Shown in pieces: positions 37,311 to 49,154 of a stretch of DNA of 64,000 bases. The translations under genes and the position numbers were made by a program. The stretch is from an uncultured Verrucomicrobiae bacterium (lineage in GTDB: Bacteria > Verrucomicrobiota > Verrucomicrobiia > Limisphaerales > JAFGQR01). Numbering within the stretch: the stretch's first letter is position 1; every line of letters starts with the position of its first letter. The notes below the pieces were generated by a model, which ran no database searches, had not been told where the DNA came from, and saw nothing but the letters and a program-made list of their open reading frames with translations. Where the stretch lies: positions 1-64,000 of the forward strand of contig CAWBHS010000058.1 of NCBI GenBank assembly GCA_963788655.1, in the 5' to 3' direction.

Positions 37311-38622
37311 TTACTCGTGCCGCAGGGCTTCGATGGGATCCAGTTCGGCCGCGGTCGAGGCGGGATAGATCCCAAAGACGATCCCCACCGCGGCCGAAAT
37401 GCCAAACGCTACGATCACGGACCACGCGGTGATGATGGTTTCCATGTCGGTGAGTTGGGAAACAATGAAAGGAATCACCACGCCGACGACCACGCCGATC
37501 AAACCGCCACCCACGGACAACACGACCGTCTCCACCAGGAACTGGGTGGTGATGTCCAGTTTGCGCGCGCCCAACGCCCGACGGATGCCGATTTCGCGGG
37601 TCCGCTCGGTCACCGTGGCCAGCATGATGTTCATGATGCCAATACCACCGACCAGCAGCGAGATGGCCGCGATGGAACCCAGCACCAGGTTGAAGATGGC
37701 CTTGACCTGTTCCGCTTTGCGCAGCAGTTGCAACGGCACGATCACCTCATAATCGTTTTGATCGTGAAACTTGTTCAGCAGCGTCTGCACCTGCGGCGCG
37801 GCCGCTTCTACAGCCGCATCATCGCGCATGCGGACCTTGATTTCGTGCAGTTCGACCCGTTCGAAATTCAGGCTCGGAAACTGGCCGCGCACGATGGTTT
37901 CCCCGAAGCGCGATCGGGTGGTTGAGAGGGGCAGGTACACGAACTGGTCGAGCGTCTCGCCCCGGATATCACCGGACTGGCTTCGTTGTTCGGGCGCGTT
38001 GGTTTCGCGCACAATACCCACCACGCTGTAATAGACCGACCCGATCTTGATGGTGTGCGTGAGGGGATTTTGATAGGGAAAGAGTTTCTTGGCCAGCGAC
38101 GCCGTGATCACGCACACATTGGCCTGATGTTCTTCGTCAATTTCGCTGAGGAACCGGCCGGCCAAAATATCGAGGCGCACGATTTCCGGGTAAAAGGACA
38201 GCGTGCCGACAATCTGGCAAGCCGCCTGGTTCTGGCCAAACCGGGCGACGTCGCGGATCAGCCGCATGGGCAACACCCGCAACACTCCGGGAATGGTGGA
38301 CTGCAACCGGGCGCCGTCATCGTATTTCAAACCGTAGGAAATTTCGAAACTCCGTCCGGACGTGGTTACTTCGTCTTGTTTGTCCGGGGGCTTGAGGCTG
38401 CGAATGATGATGTTGTCCGCGCCCAATTCCTTGATCTGTTGTTGGGCTTTGTGACGAAGCCCCTTCCCCGATGGCCAGCATGGCGATCACCGAACACACC
38501 CCGAAGATGATGCCCAACATGGTCAGGCCCGAACGCAGCTTGTGCAGCAAGAGGCTCTTGACCCCCAATTGGATTGCGCTCAGCGAGGTGTATCCGAGCA
38601 GTTTGACGAGCGAAGTGGCCAT
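37311..38622 (-). CDS. MacB-like ABC permease (frameshift near 38455)
   Basis: [54 protein letters not shown]. Confidence 0.93.
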
Positions 38623-38626
38623 GCTG

Positions 38627-39427
38627 CTACGGCGGCGGCGGGCGCGGAGACTGAATCTCGCGTTGCGCCAGATCCCGGTCAATCAGGCCATCCTTCATGT
38701 GCAGGACGCGATGGGCGCGCAGGGCGACGTTGGGATCGTGGGTCACCAGGACGATGGTTTTGCCCTGGTCATTGAGCTGGTCAATGATTTCGAGCACTTC
38801 GGTCCCGGTCTTCGAATCAAGGTTGCCGGTCGGTTCGTCCGCCAGGATCATGAGCGGATCGTTGGCCAGCGCACGCGCAATGGCCACACGTTGCTGCTGG
38901 CCGCCGGACAATTGGGTCGGCCGGTGATCCAGTCGGTCGGCCAATCCGACCAGCCCGGCCAACTCGACGCAGCGGTCGTAAGTCTCTTTGAAGGAATGGC
39001 CCTGGTAGAACAACGGCACCTGGATGTTCTCGATGACGGTCAGTTGCGGGATCAGGTTGTAGGATTGGAAAATGAAACCGATACGTTTGCCGCGTGCTTT
39101 CGAGAGTTCGTCGTCCGGCATCTTCGAAACATCGTCGCCGCCGAGGAAGTAGCGGCCGGCGGTGGGGCGGTCCAGGCACCCCAAAATGTTCAGCATGGTG
39201 GATTTGCCCGAGCCGGACGGTCCCATGATCGCCACGTAGGAACCGGGGGAGACTTCCAGACTGACGTTGCGCAAGGCCAACACAATGTTTTCCTCGCCGA
39301 GAATGTATTTCTTCTCGATGTCCTCGAGCCGGATAATGGCTTCCAGCCGCGGGCGTTCCCGGCGCAAGTCCAGCGCGGCATCGTGGTCGTCGGACCGCAC
39401 TTCGAGGGATGGTTCGTGGGCAATCAT
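38627..39427 (-). CDS. ABC ATP-binding protein (MacB/LolD family)
   Basis: [36 protein letters not shown]. Confidence 0.96.
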   Translation of the reverse strand: MIAHEPSLEVRSDDHDAALDLRRERPRLEAIIRLEDIEKKYILGEENIVLALRNVSLEVSPGSYVAIMGPSGSGKSTMLNILGCLDRPTAGRYFLGGDDVSKMPDDELSKARGKRIGFIFQSYNLIPQLTVIENIQVPLFYQGHSFKETYDRCVELAGLVGLADRLDHRPTQLSGGQQQRVAIARALANDPLMILADEPTGNLDSKTGTEVLEIIDQLNDQGKTIVLVTHDPNVALRAHRVLHMKDGLIDRDLAQREIQSPRPPPP

Positions 39428-41280
39428 TCGGCGCGGGTTTCGGGCGAGCGGTTGCGCGGTCCCCGGCCTCCGCCAAAGCTTTGCCGCATGGCGGCCTTCT
39501 CGTTGTCGTCCAATTCCCCGTCGCCGTTCTTGTCGAAACGTTTCAGCATCTCCGCGCGGTTGATACCGGGCCGCTGGCCGCCGGTCTTGCGCTCATCGGC
39601 GCCCGGAGCTGGCACGGAACCCGTCAGGTCAGGACGACCCCCGGGCTCCGCGAGCGGCCCTTTCGTATGGGTGGCGCTTCCGGCGATTGGGGGTCCATTC
39701 GGTCCAGGCCCGTTTTCGAGTGGGCCATTGCCCGCGGTAAAGCCCGCCTGGGGTTCGGGAATTTTGTCGTCTTTGGTGATGATCGCTCCGCCCAAGTCTT
39801 TTTCTTCAACGTCATAAGGCGGCGAAAGGAGCACCTGGTCGCCGGTCTGCAAGCCGGAGGCAATCTCGATGAACTTGGTGTTGAACATGCCCACTTCCAC
39901 CGGCACCGGTTCGGAACTGCCGCCCGTTTTGACATACACCACGGATTGGCCCTTGCGGGTGGTGACGGCCTGGATGGGAACGGTCAGGGCCGAAGGAATA
40001 TTGGTAATGACGATCTCGGCCCGCGCGGATACACCCGGTTTGATGCCCGGCAGTTTGTCGGTGATCACCACTTCGGATTTGTACACTTTCAAATCGGGAT
40101 TACCGAACATGCTTTGGGTGTCGGGCAGGACCGCCACCTTGCTCACCACGGCATGGAACCGCTGATCGGGTATCGAATCCAACACCACGAACGCCGCCTG
40201 CCCGGGATGAATCTTGCTGATATGGGATTCGTGGACTTTGATGCCCACTTTCATTTGGGAAGTATCCGGCAACTTGATGAGCTCCTGCCGCTCGCGCACC
40301 ATGGCCCCTTCCTCGATTAGTGATTGCGAGCTCCAGCGGCTGTGCATGGTCGCGTAGGCCACCAAGCCGTCCTGCGGCGCGCAAATCACGCTTTTCTCGA
40401 GCTGTTCCTTGTCGTCATCCAGTTTCTGTTTGGTCAACGCCAGGGAATTGCTCTGCGTGCTCAAATCGGCCGCCAACGTCGCCAGTTTGCTTTCGCCTTG
40501 GGCTTTGACCCGGTCCAGATCTTTTTTGGCTTCGTCCAGATCCGATTGGTAGGTCGCCATCATTTTGGGATGATCGAAATTGGTCAACATCCACAAGTTG
40601 GTCTGGGCCTTTTCCAACCGCATGGTCAGGTTGCGCACCGTGTTCCGGCCCTGATCAACCGCGTTCTTCGTTTCAAATCCCTTGGCAAACAGCTTTTCCG
40701 ACCACTCGAGGTTATCCTCGGCCAACAACAAGTCGCCATTGGCCGTGCTGATGTCGATCTGGGCGTTCCGCAATTCCTGGAGCTGCTGGCCTTTTTTGAA
40801 CTTGCCCAGATCCAGCTCGGCGAATTTCACTTTCAAGGCGGCGGCATCGATGCTGCTTTGGACGACGCTTTTTTCGATATCGAGATTCTTTTCGGCCTGC
40901 ACGTAGGCTGACTTGGATTTCTCGTAGGCAATTTCCTGTTGATTGACCTTCTCTTCGGCATCCGCCGTGTCCAACTTCACCAACTGCTCGCCTTTTTTCA
41001 CATACGTACCTTCCGGTACAATGTAGATGATGCGCGAATTGCCTTCGACCTCGTTGCGAATCACCACTTCGTTGACCGCCTCCAGCGTGCCCCCCTCGAC
41101 AATGGTTACCAGAAAGTCCCTGCGCTTCACTTCGTAATAGGCGGTTGCCGATTTTTCGGAGCGGACACATCCGCGCAACATCACGAGGCCAAGAACCACC
41201 ACCACGCCCGCGCCAATCGTCCAGCGGGGATGTTGTCGGGCCTTGCCCAGCCATCCAGTCAGTTTTCGAACCATATCCAT
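39424..41280 (-). CDS. MacA-like periplasmic adaptor with long coiled coil and C-terminal EF-hand-like motif
   Basis: TM anchor, VPEGTYVKKGE, ICAPQDG, GLQTGDQV, FDKNGDGELDDNE. Confidence 0.9.
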   Translation of the reverse strand: MDMVRKLTGWLGKARQHPRWTIGAGVVVVLGLVMLRGCVRSEKSATAYYEVKRRDFLVTIVEGGTLEAVNEVVIRNEVEGNSRIIYIVPEGTYVKKGEQLVKLDTADAEEKVNQQEIAYEKSKSAYVQAEKNLDIEKSVVQSSIDAAALKVKFAELDLGKFKKGQQLQELRNAQIDISTANGDLLLAEDNLEWSEKLFAKGFETKNAVDQGRNTVRNLTMRLEKAQTNLWMLTNFDHPKMMATYQSDLDEAKKDLDRVKAQGESKLATLAADLSTQSNSLALTKQKLDDDKEQLEKSVICAPQDGLVAYATMHSRWSSQSLIEEGAMVRERQELIKLPDTSQMKVGIKVHESHISKIHPGQAAFVVLDSIPDQRFHAVVSKVAVLPDTQSMFGNPDLKVYKSEVVITDKLPGIKPGVSARAEIVITNIPSALTVPIQAVTTRKGQSVVYVKTGGSSEPVPVEVGMFNTKFIEIASGLQTGDQVLLSPPYDVEEKDLGGAIITKDDKIPEPQAGFTAGNGPLENGPGPNGPPIAGSATHTKGPLAEPGGRPDLTGSVPAPGADERKTGGQRPGINRAEMLKRFDKNGDGELDDNEKAAMRQSFGGGRGPRNRSPETRAE

Positions 41281-41282
41281 GA

Positions 41283-43043
41283 TCAAAGTTTCAGAATCGA
41301 ATTGGGCGGCGGCACTTGCTCCGTTTCCGGAGCCGTTTCCGCCGCGGGCTTTTCCGGAGCCAGCGACATGGTGATCGCCTCGCGCCGATCCCAAAAATGG
41401 TCCACGTCCGCGTTCATTACCCCGACGTCCAGCAGCAATTGCAACCGGGCGGTCAGGTGATTGACCAGCGCCGCCGTCAGGGCGTCTTGCGAACGGACCA
41501 GTGAATCCTGCGCATCGCGCACATTGCGGACGGTACGGCGACCCGCCTGGAGCGAGAGTTGTTCACCTTCCACCCGCCGTTCGGCAATGGCCACCGCATT
41601 GGTTTGAATAAAATAAGACCGCCGCAACTGCTCCAAGTCACGCAGGCCGCTGTCGATCTGGTCCTTCTTGTTGTCGATCGCCAGGCCCAACGAACGGACG
41701 GCCTTCTCAAAATTAATCAACGACCGCCGGTAAGAGTTGCGTTCATTCAGCCGGTCAATTGGCAAATCCAGCCCCAGGCCCACGCCCGCTTGGATGTCGT
41801 CCGTGCTGAACTTCGTATAATCCAGCGGGGCCACCGGCGAAATCGAGGCATCCGCCTGCAACGTCAAATCAGCTTTTAATTGGTTCGCGGCCACCCGTAC
41901 TAGACGTTCGCTGTCCTCGAACGAATCAATCTGATTCAGCAACTCCAACTGGTGATCAATCGCGATTCTGAGCGCCCGTTCCTTATCCACCGACAGGGCA
42001 ATCAAACCAACCTTGCGCAACTCGTTCAGGGGGGACTCGTCCAATTCAAGGTTCACGCTCAGCGGCAGTCCCAACGTCAACTTGAATCGATCCAAATTGT
42101 TCAAGTACGTGGTGGCGGCCTGAATGTAACTGTTTTTCGCTGTCAACTCCTCACTCCGCGCTTCATCCACGTCCAGCTGGCTTTGCAGTCCCGCCTTGCC
42201 GCGCTCCTCGGTGTATTGAATGGTTTCCAGCCGGCGCTGATAATCGTTGTAGGCGTTCACCAGTTGGTCGCCGTTTTGCAGGATCCGAAAATAGGCGGTC
42301 ACCACATCGACCTTGAATTGACGCTGATACTGACTGAAGGTGCGCACCGCGTAAATGACGTTGCGTTCGGCCTGGGTCAACCGCTCCGCAGCCACCGTTT
42401 TGCCGGCCCCGCGCAACAAGGGCTGGACCAGGTTCACCGAGAAAGCCGAAACCGCTGAACGCGACGGATCGCCGGTGTAGAAACGCAGGAAATCGTTGAC
42501 CAGCCGCAAGGTCAGACTGCCGCCGGACTTCAACAACTGCCCCACCTCGACTGTGCTCCGGGCGGAACGCAAATCCCATTCGCCGTTCTCCCGGCGGTAG
42601 GTGGCAGAGCCGCCGGCGGAAAAAAGCGGCCGGAAGTCATGGCGCGCGCCGGTGAGGGCCAAGGCTTCAAGATACAATTGCTCTTTGGCGGTCTGGTATT
42701 CCCGGCTGTTCTTGACGGCGAGAGCCAGTGCCTCCTCGATGGTCAGCTTCCTGGCGTTCGCTTCCTGGCGCCGCTTGATGATTTCTTCGGCCCGGACCTC
42801 GGCCGGTTTACGATCCGAATAGGGCGTCGTGATGGTAAACGAGGTGGATTTGCCGAACACCTCTTGCTCCGCCTGCTCGACAATCTGGTACACCTCACGA
42901 TCTGCGGACTTGCGATAATGGGAGGTCGAACAACTGGTACAAAAAGCCAGAACCGCGGCGATTGACAGCGCCAGACTCCGGTCCCAAAGGGCCGGTTTCA
43001 ATATTTTTGAAATGAGGGGAAATCGTTTTTGCAAATCCATCAA
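41283..43043 (-). CDS. TolC-family outer membrane lipoprotein
   Basis: TSC lipobox, LTIEEALALA, QPLLRGAG, helical repeats; first gene of the exporter operon. Confidence 0.88.
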   Translation of the reverse strand: MMDLQKRFPLISKILKPALWDRSLALSIAAVLAFCTSCSTSHYRKSADREVYQIVEQAEQEVFGKSTSFTITTPYSDRKPAEVRAEEIIKRRQEANARKLTIEEALALAVKNSREYQTAKEQLYLEALALTGARHDFRPLFSAGGSATYRRENGEWDLRSARSTVEVGQLLKSGGSLTLRLVNDFLRFYTGDPSRSAVSAFSVNLVQPLLRGAGKTVAAERLTQAERNVIYAVRTFSQYQRQFKVDVVTAYFRILQNGDQLVNAYNDYQRRLETIQYTEERGKAGLQSQLDVDEARSEELTAKNSYIQAATTYLNNLDRFKLTLGLPLSVNLELDESPLNELRKVGLIALSVDKERALRIAIDHQLELLNQIDSFEDSERLVRVAANQLKADLTLQADASISPVAPLDYTKFSTDDIQAGVGLGLDLPIDRLNERNSYRRSLINFEKAVRSLGLAIDNKKDQIDSGLRDLEQLRRSYFIQTNAVAIAERRVEGEQLSLQAGRRTVRNVRDAQDSLVRSQDALTAALVNHLTARLQLLLDVGVMNADVDHFWDRREAITMSLAPEKPAAETAPETEQVPPPNSILKL

Positions 43044-43316
43044 ACCCGCACATCTACACAGACCAAATCAATGCGGCGGAGGTTACAGTCTTTTCGCAAA
43101 CGAAACTACGCTATATGACAGCACATCCGCAGCCGGTCTAATACCATAGCGGATGGCCGCCCCCGAATGCAAGCCTCTTACGCCCGGCTGATCGCCTGTG
43201 CCGAGCGGGGCTGAAGGGTGAAATCCAAAATGGTCAGGCCCGACGGAGGCTTTTCCGGCACTCACCCAAAATAGAAACTCCTTCGGCCTTCGGCTTTCGG
43301 GCTTCGGCCTTTTGGC

Positions 43317-45194
43317 CTAATACCAGTTCACGAACAGGTCGCGATGATTGCCCTTTCCGAGGCGTCCCAAGCGTTTCCCATGCGGTCCCACCCACACCAC
43401 TGTGGGCTGGCAATCCGCACTCGTCTCAAGCCGATGCGATCCCGCGGTCAATTCCACAATCCCGCCGGCGAACGGTTTGCCATCGAGCGTTCCGGTCACG
43501 CGGCCTTCCTCCAGCGGTTCGGTGATGCTGGCCCAACCTTCCGGGTAGGTTCCCGCCAAATCGGAACCCGCCAACGTGGCGATGCGATACCGTCCAGCGT
43601 GAACGATTTCAAAATCGTCGCCGCCGTTGGCCAACACTTTGCCCAGCACCCAAAAGTCGTCGGCCACGGACACATAACGTTGACGCATAAACTCATGATC
43701 CTCGTCGGCCAGCCAGTCCAGGCGGTAACTGGGAATGATCACCGCCGCCGGTTGCGCCGTAAGCATGTCCCGCACGGTCGGGCCAGGGCCCTCCAAAAAC
43801 TTCTTGAGGTTCAGACTGTGGAGCAGCCACTGGAAATGGATGCTGCGCCGGGTGGGCACCAGGCCGATGCCGTCATAAACGGGATCTTTGATGGGATCCG
43901 TCACCGCTTCGGCAGTCAACATCAGTTTTGTCTGCCGGTAATTTGGTTGGTCCCAATGGCGCCGGGTTGCGGCGGCGAACGGCTCCAGATGGGCGAACAC
44001 CACGACGCCGATGATCAGCGGTCGCAACGTCGCGCGTTCCGTGATGGAATCGACCACTTGGGAGGCATAGCGGAACGCCAACAGGAAAGCAAAAGGGACC
44101 CAATTGACCAGATTGTAGGGAAAAGGCGTGGGATTGATCACCAAGGCCATAAACGCAACCAGGAACAGCAAAGCTTCCGGCACGTAACCGTCCCACGTCA
44201 AGGCCGCCCGGCCCCGGCGGCGCAGGTCCAGGGTCACGGCCACCAGTGCCGCCGATAGCAGCCCCAGCAGCAAGGGCGTCTGATGCAACAATCGTCCCAA
44301 CGGATGCCATGGAGGGAAGCGATTTCCGTCACTGGAAATTTCCGAGGCCCATCGCAAGATGGCGACGTAGTCATCCCAGATTCCCAGCACCCCATACAAC
44401 ATCCGGAGCACCACGAACATGCCCAGCGCTCCGGCCGCCCAAGCCAAAGCCAGCTTCCAACGGGCGTCCTTGGCTCCGGGCGGGAATACCAGGATGGCCA
44501 AGGAAATGGGCAGCGTATAGGCCATGGCTTTGAACGCCACGAATTGGAGTGCCACAACGAGACATCCCACGACGAAATACGCTGGCCGGCCCGGTGGCCG
44601 TACGCGCACCAGACACCACATCAGCAGCAGACCGCTGAGCAGCACGTTATCGTGCCGGATCTCCATCCCATAATCCCAAAGCGGAGCGAGTGTGGCGGCG
44701 CTCAACAGCGCGATCAACCCCCGCCGGGACAGGAAACGTTCGCCCAGGGCCAGGACCATCAGAACCAGGTTCAGCCAATAGACCTCCCACATCAGGAAAC
44801 GGCAGGAGGTAAACAAATCCGCCGACCGGGTCGCCTGACGAGCCCACCACGCCAACGGCAATTGAAACAGCGACAAGTTGCTGTAGGCCTCGCCAATCCG
44901 TCCGTCTGACAGGATGCGGGCCGCGTTGACATTCTGGCACTCGTCCACTTGATAAATGCGATCGCCGGCCAGCTTGAACGACAGCCAGACCAGGCTCGCC
45001 AACCCGGCAAGCAATAGGATGACCGGCAAGCGCGCCGCCACGGAGCGAGCGATGGCGGCAGCCTGTCCCGAGGCCCCGCTTTGCCGGCGGGGGACGGTGG
45101 CAGCAGTTGCGGCCGCCTCGGCTCCGGTCGTCGATGGACACCCGTCGGGAATCAGGCCATCGGCGCTCGCGGAATATTCGTTAGAATTCTGCAT
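43317..45194 (-). CDS. Polytopic membrane protein, putative GT-C fold glycosyltransferase
   Basis: Acidic DE motif in first loop (YQVDE), EIRHD, about 11 TM segments, soluble C-terminal domain; locus context. Confidence 0.6.
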   Translation of the reverse strand: MQNSNEYSASADGLIPDGCPSTTGAEAAATAATVPRRQSGASGQAAAIARSVAARLPVILLLAGLASLVWLSFKLAGDRIYQVDECQNVNAARILSDGRIGEAYSNLSLFQLPLAWWARQATRSADLFTSCRFLMWEVYWLNLVLMVLALGERFLSRRGLIALLSAATLAPLWDYGMEIRHDNVLLSGLLLMWCLVRVRPPGRPAYFVVGCLVVALQFVAFKAMAYTLPISLAILVFPPGAKDARWKLALAWAAGALGMFVVLRMLYGVLGIWDDYVAILRWASEISSDGNRFPPWHPLGRLLHQTPLLLGLLSAALVAVTLDLRRRGRAALTWDGYVPEALLFLVAFMALVINPTPFPYNLVNWVPFAFLLAFRYASQVVDSITERATLRPLIIGVVVFAHLEPFAAATRRHWDQPNYRQTKLMLTAEAVTDPIKDPVYDGIGLVPTRRSIHFQWLLHSLNLKKFLEGPGPTVRDMLTAQPAAVIIPSYRLDWLADEDHEFMRQRYVSVADDFWVLGKVLANGGDDFEIVHAGRYRIATLAGSDLAGTYPEGWASITEPLEEGRVTGTLDGKPFAGGIVELTAGSHRLETSADCQPTVVWVGPHGKRLGRLGKGNHRDLFVNWY

Positions 45195-47209
45195 GTTGCG
45201 TCAAAGGAAGCTCCGCATGACGGTTTGGAATCAACCCGGCCAGTTCATTCGCGCGATTGCCGCCCACGTTGGAACGAGATAGTGACGTTGTCGCCGCCAA
45301 CGTTTTCTTCGGTGTTTCGTCGAGGAAATGCGCCTGGTAAAGCTGCATTCGGCAGTCGCGGTAATGCGGCATCTCGTCGGTGTTCACGACCCTCACAAAT
45401 TGGACCGCTCGTCCGTAGTGTTCCCGGTAGAAAACCTGCAAGGATTCCAGCGAGGTGTGGTTCATCAGGAAGAAGACGTTCGGGCCGGTCCACCACCGAA
45501 AGCGAATAGGGCTTGAGTCCGCGCCGGCGCAACACTTCGCGAAACAACGGGGAGTGCGTGAGCCAACCATAAGGCAGAAGGTCGAAGGGAGCTGCCGCGC
45601 CCAAATCACGATAGATCAAGCATTGTTCCCACACCGCGTCGTGAGGCAAGGTAATGAGAATCGGTTTCGTTCCCGCAGGCAGGAGCGCCTTGATCGGATC
45701 GAACAACTTCTGGCTGATTTGCCTCAGCTCGCGATGACGCGCGTCGGCATACCAGAGGCATTGGCCCAGGTTGAACAGGATCGACGCATAGAGCGCACCC
45801 CAAACCAAAATGGGCAATCCCCACCACCGGGAGCGGGGCGCGTTGGGAGCCGACTGGTCGCGTTGCCCGTGCGTGCGTCGATCAAAGCCGGTGGCCCAAT
45901 ACAGACACACCAGGTTCAGGAACAGCGGCAGGTTGTACGCCACCCGCGGCGGCAGCCGCGCGGTGGTCTGGAGATAAAACGCCAGTGCCACGAATAGCCC
46001 GTAATACGCGGTCAGGGTGACCAAGCAACGCCGGCGATTTGCTCCGGCGGCGAACCAGCACCAGAGCCCGTTGAGCAACGCCAGATTCAGCAAGATGCCG
46101 GAATCGCGGCCCAGCACCGACGCCAGGTGCAACCGGTCCCACGAGAAACGGTTGAGGATCGGATTGCGATTATCATATCCCTTCAACGCGACAACAAACC
46201 GGCGCAGTCGCGGGAGGTCCGCATAGACCGCGGCGTCCGGGAAGAAGCTTTTCGCGAACATCGTTGCATCGTTCTCGCTCCAACCCGCAGCCGAAGCCGC
46301 CCGGGAAGCGTTGCGGGTGAGGGGAGTGCCGTACACCTCGCCGCGCAGTTGGTTGTATTCCCGGAACGTGCGCCAACCCGGATCGCGATCGTAGTACCAG
46401 TGGTCGATTCCGCGCAGGGCCACAAACAACGCCGCGCCGGTCAAGCCCAGTCCCGCCAGCCGCCGCCAGCCTTTCCAGCCGAAACGCTCGAGCAGAAACG
46501 GCACCGCCACCATCGCCAGGAACAGCGCGACTTCCGCGCGGATCATGATCATCAAGGCAATCAACCCGGCCCCGGCAATGGTTTGGAGCCAACGCACCGA
46601 CCGACCGGGGGCCAGCGAATCCACCAGCAGCATTAGCCCGGCGGCGCCCGCCAAAAACGCGGTGGTAGTGAACTGCAGGCGAAGCAGAATGTGAATTTCC
46701 GCGATCAGGAAGAATCCCACATACAGGGCCACCGGCAACCACCCGCGTCGGCGGCGGATGACCACATAGCCAATGGCGGTCAGCGCGACATAGTGGGCCG
46801 CCACCAGGTAAAGAAAATACCAGTTCCATCCAGCCCCGAGGTGATAAAGAGTCCGCAGCAACCAACCAATCGCGACGTGCGTGAACACCAAGAACTCCGA
46901 AGGCGCTCCGGTGTAGAAACCCGAAGCAATCAGTTGCATGGCCAGGTCGTCGTTCGTTTCGTAAGCGGGCGTCGCAAGGGCGAAAAATCCAGCGAACAGA
47001 CCGGCATTGACCAACAACGCCAGGAAAAGTGGCCGGGAGACACCGGTGCCGATCAAGCGGATCAGTTTGGAAAACCGCCCCGAGGCGCCGACCTTCTGGG
47101 CCGGGTCAACCGTTGGACCCAAGGCGGAAGTGATCCTACCGCTCAGCCCACGGTTCCCGGGGACCTCCAGGTCGCCATGGTTGATCGAAAGCTCGTCCGC
47201 GTTCCCCAT
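45181..47209 (-). CDS. Polytopic membrane protein, putative GT-C fold glycosyltransferase (frameshift near 45480)
   Basis: YETNDD in first loop, LQFTTTA, multiple TM segments; continuation frame ends 45181 overlapping the next start. Confidence 0.55.
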
Positions 47210-47216
47210 TGTCCGT

Positions 47217-47834
47217 TCAGTTGGCGCACCGCATGATCAAGTGCGTGTACGGGATGCGCAACAGGTCGGTACACAAATGCGATTCGATCCTGGCAAATGT
47301 CTTCTCCGCCAGATGAAGGTATTCGTCGCGCCGACGCACAAACTTGCCACGGTCCCGGCGCAATAACCACCGCGCCACGCGGGATTGCTCCGGCACAAAG
47401 CAGCCGTCGTAGGTCATCAAACGTCCGCCTGGCGCCAACGCCTCCCGGGCCAACGCGAACAGTTTGACGGCCCGTTCATCATCGAGATGGTGAAGAACGC
47501 CCGTGGCCATGACCAAGTTGAACGTTCCCAGCTCCCGTTCCAACGTCGCGAGCCCCACGTCGCTGCAGAGAAACCGGCCGCGTTCGCCAAAGCGTTTTCG
47601 CGCCGCGTCAATGTAGTCCGGACTGAGGTCCAGCCCCACGTACTCCACCGCCGGCAGGAAATGCAACACGTCCCCCGGTCCGCAACCAATGTCCAGGACC
47701 TTTTCGCCGGCGCGCGGTTGGACGTAGCCGGACAAGTATTTTTGCCAGGTTTGCTCGCCCCCGACCAAGCGGGAGAACAGCCGGTACGCCACCGGCAGAC
47801 CCAGACCCTTAGCAAGCCAATCAAATAGATTCAT
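47217..47834 (-). CDS. Class I SAM-dependent methyltransferase
   Basis: VLDIGCGPG, GLDLS, GVLHHLDD, LAPGG. Confidence 0.92.
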   Translation of the reverse strand: MNLFDWLAKGLGLPVAYRLFSRLVGGEQTWQKYLSGYVQPRAGEKVLDIGCGPGDVLHFLPAVEYVGLDLSPDYIDAARKRFGERGRFLCSDVGLATLERELGTFNLVMATGVLHHLDDERAVKLFALAREALAPGGRLMTYDGCFVPEQSRVARWLLRRDRGKFVRRRDEYLHLAEKTFARIESHLCTDLLRIPYTHLIMRCAN

Positions 47835-47865
47835 TGTTAATTTCGAGTGAATATGTTTGCCAACC

Positions 47866-49089
47866 TCAACCCGCTTCGGCGATCGGGAAGGATCGTTCCG
47901 ATTCCAAATCGGACGCCAGCGACAGCCGCACGATGCGCCCCTTCGTCGTGGCCCGGAACTTCCGGACCGTTTCAATCACGCGACCTTGATCGGCGTGACT
48001 CAGTGAATTGTAAAACGGCAAGCGGACGAGGCGTTGGCTGACGTCCGCGGCAACCCGGCATGGATCGGGCTGCCCGCCAAAGCGTTGTCCCATCGGCGAC
48101 TGGTGCAAGGGCACGTAATGGAACACCGCCAGCACCCCGCGTTGCTTGAGATAGGTGATGAACGCCTTACGGTCTTCGACGGAGGGCATCAGCAAATAGA
48201 ACATGTGATACGCCTGCTCACAGTGCGCGGGCACATAAGGCACTTGGATGTCATTCGCTTCCGCCCATTCGGTCAGTTGCGCGTGATAGTGTTCCCAAAT
48301 CGCCCGGCGGCGTTGCTGAATTTCCCCGGCCTTCTCCAATTGGGCAAAGAGGAACGCCGCCAGCACGTCGCTCATCAAATAGCTCGATCCAATGTCCACC
48401 CACGAATACTTGTCCACCTGGCCGCGGAAAAACCGGCTGCGATTGGTCCCTTTCTCGCGGATGATTTCGGCGCGGTCGATGTAACCAGCTTCATTGATGA
48501 GCAACGCCCCGCCTTCGCCGCAGGTGATGTTTTTCGTTTCGTGAAAACTCTGCGTGGCCAGCGCGCCGAATGTGCCCAGCCACTTCCCCCGGTATTTGCC
48601 GAACAGCCCGTGCGCGTTGTCCTCCACCACAGCCACGCCATGGCGCGCGGCGATGTCCAGGATCGCGTCCATTTCGCAACCCACCCCCGCGTAGTGGACC
48701 GGCACGATGGCTTTGGTCCGCGGGGTGATGAGCGCTTCCAGCCGCCGTTCGTCCAGGTTCAACGTATCGGGCCGGCTGTCAGCAAAGACGATCCGGGCGC
48801 CACGCAAGGCAAAAGCGTTTGCCGTCGAGACGAAGGTGAAGGATGGCACAATCACTTCGTCACCCGGCTGGAGGTCCAGCAGCAGGCCGCACATTTCCAA
48901 CGCGTGCGTGCAGGACGTGGTGACCAGGGACTTCTTGACGCCCAGGGCCTGTTCCAACCAAGCGTGGCACTTCTTGGAATAGGTCTGGTCGCCGGCAATC
49001 TGGCCGATGGTCATCGTCCGAAAAATGTTTTCCAGCTCGCGCCCGAGCAGCGACGACTGGTTGAACGGAATGGAGGGTTGGTCAGACAT
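47866..49089 (-). CDS. wecE: dTDP-4-amino-4,6-dideoxygalactose transaminase-like (WecE/RffA, DegT family)
   Basis: SCTHALEM, PSFTFVSTANAF, VHYAG, SFHETKN, REKGTNRSRFFRGQVDKY, AVFHYVPLH. Confidence 0.88.
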   Translation of the reverse strand: MSDQPSIPFNQSSLLGRELENIFRTMTIGQIAGDQTYSKKCHAWLEQALGVKKSLVTTSCTHALEMCGLLLDLQPGDEVIVPSFTFVSTANAFALRGARIVFADSRPDTLNLDERRLEALITPRTKAIVPVHYAGVGCEMDAILDIAARHGVAVVEDNAHGLFGKYRGKWLGTFGALATQSFHETKNITCGEGGALLINEAGYIDRAEIIREKGTNRSRFFRGQVDKYSWVDIGSSYLMSDVLAAFLFAQLEKAGEIQQRRRAIWEHYHAQLTEWAEANDIQVPYVPAHCEQAYHMFYLLMPSVEDRKAFITYLKQRGVLAVFHYVPLHQSPMGQRFGGQPDPCRVAADVSQRLVRLPFYNSLSHADQGRVIETVRKFRATTKGRIVRLSLASDLESERSFPIAEAG

Positions 49090-49154
49090 GGGTTTGGTTC
49101 ATTCGCAGCCGCCGTTCTTCGCCTCTCGCCGCGTTTCAAACGCAACGACAACCT

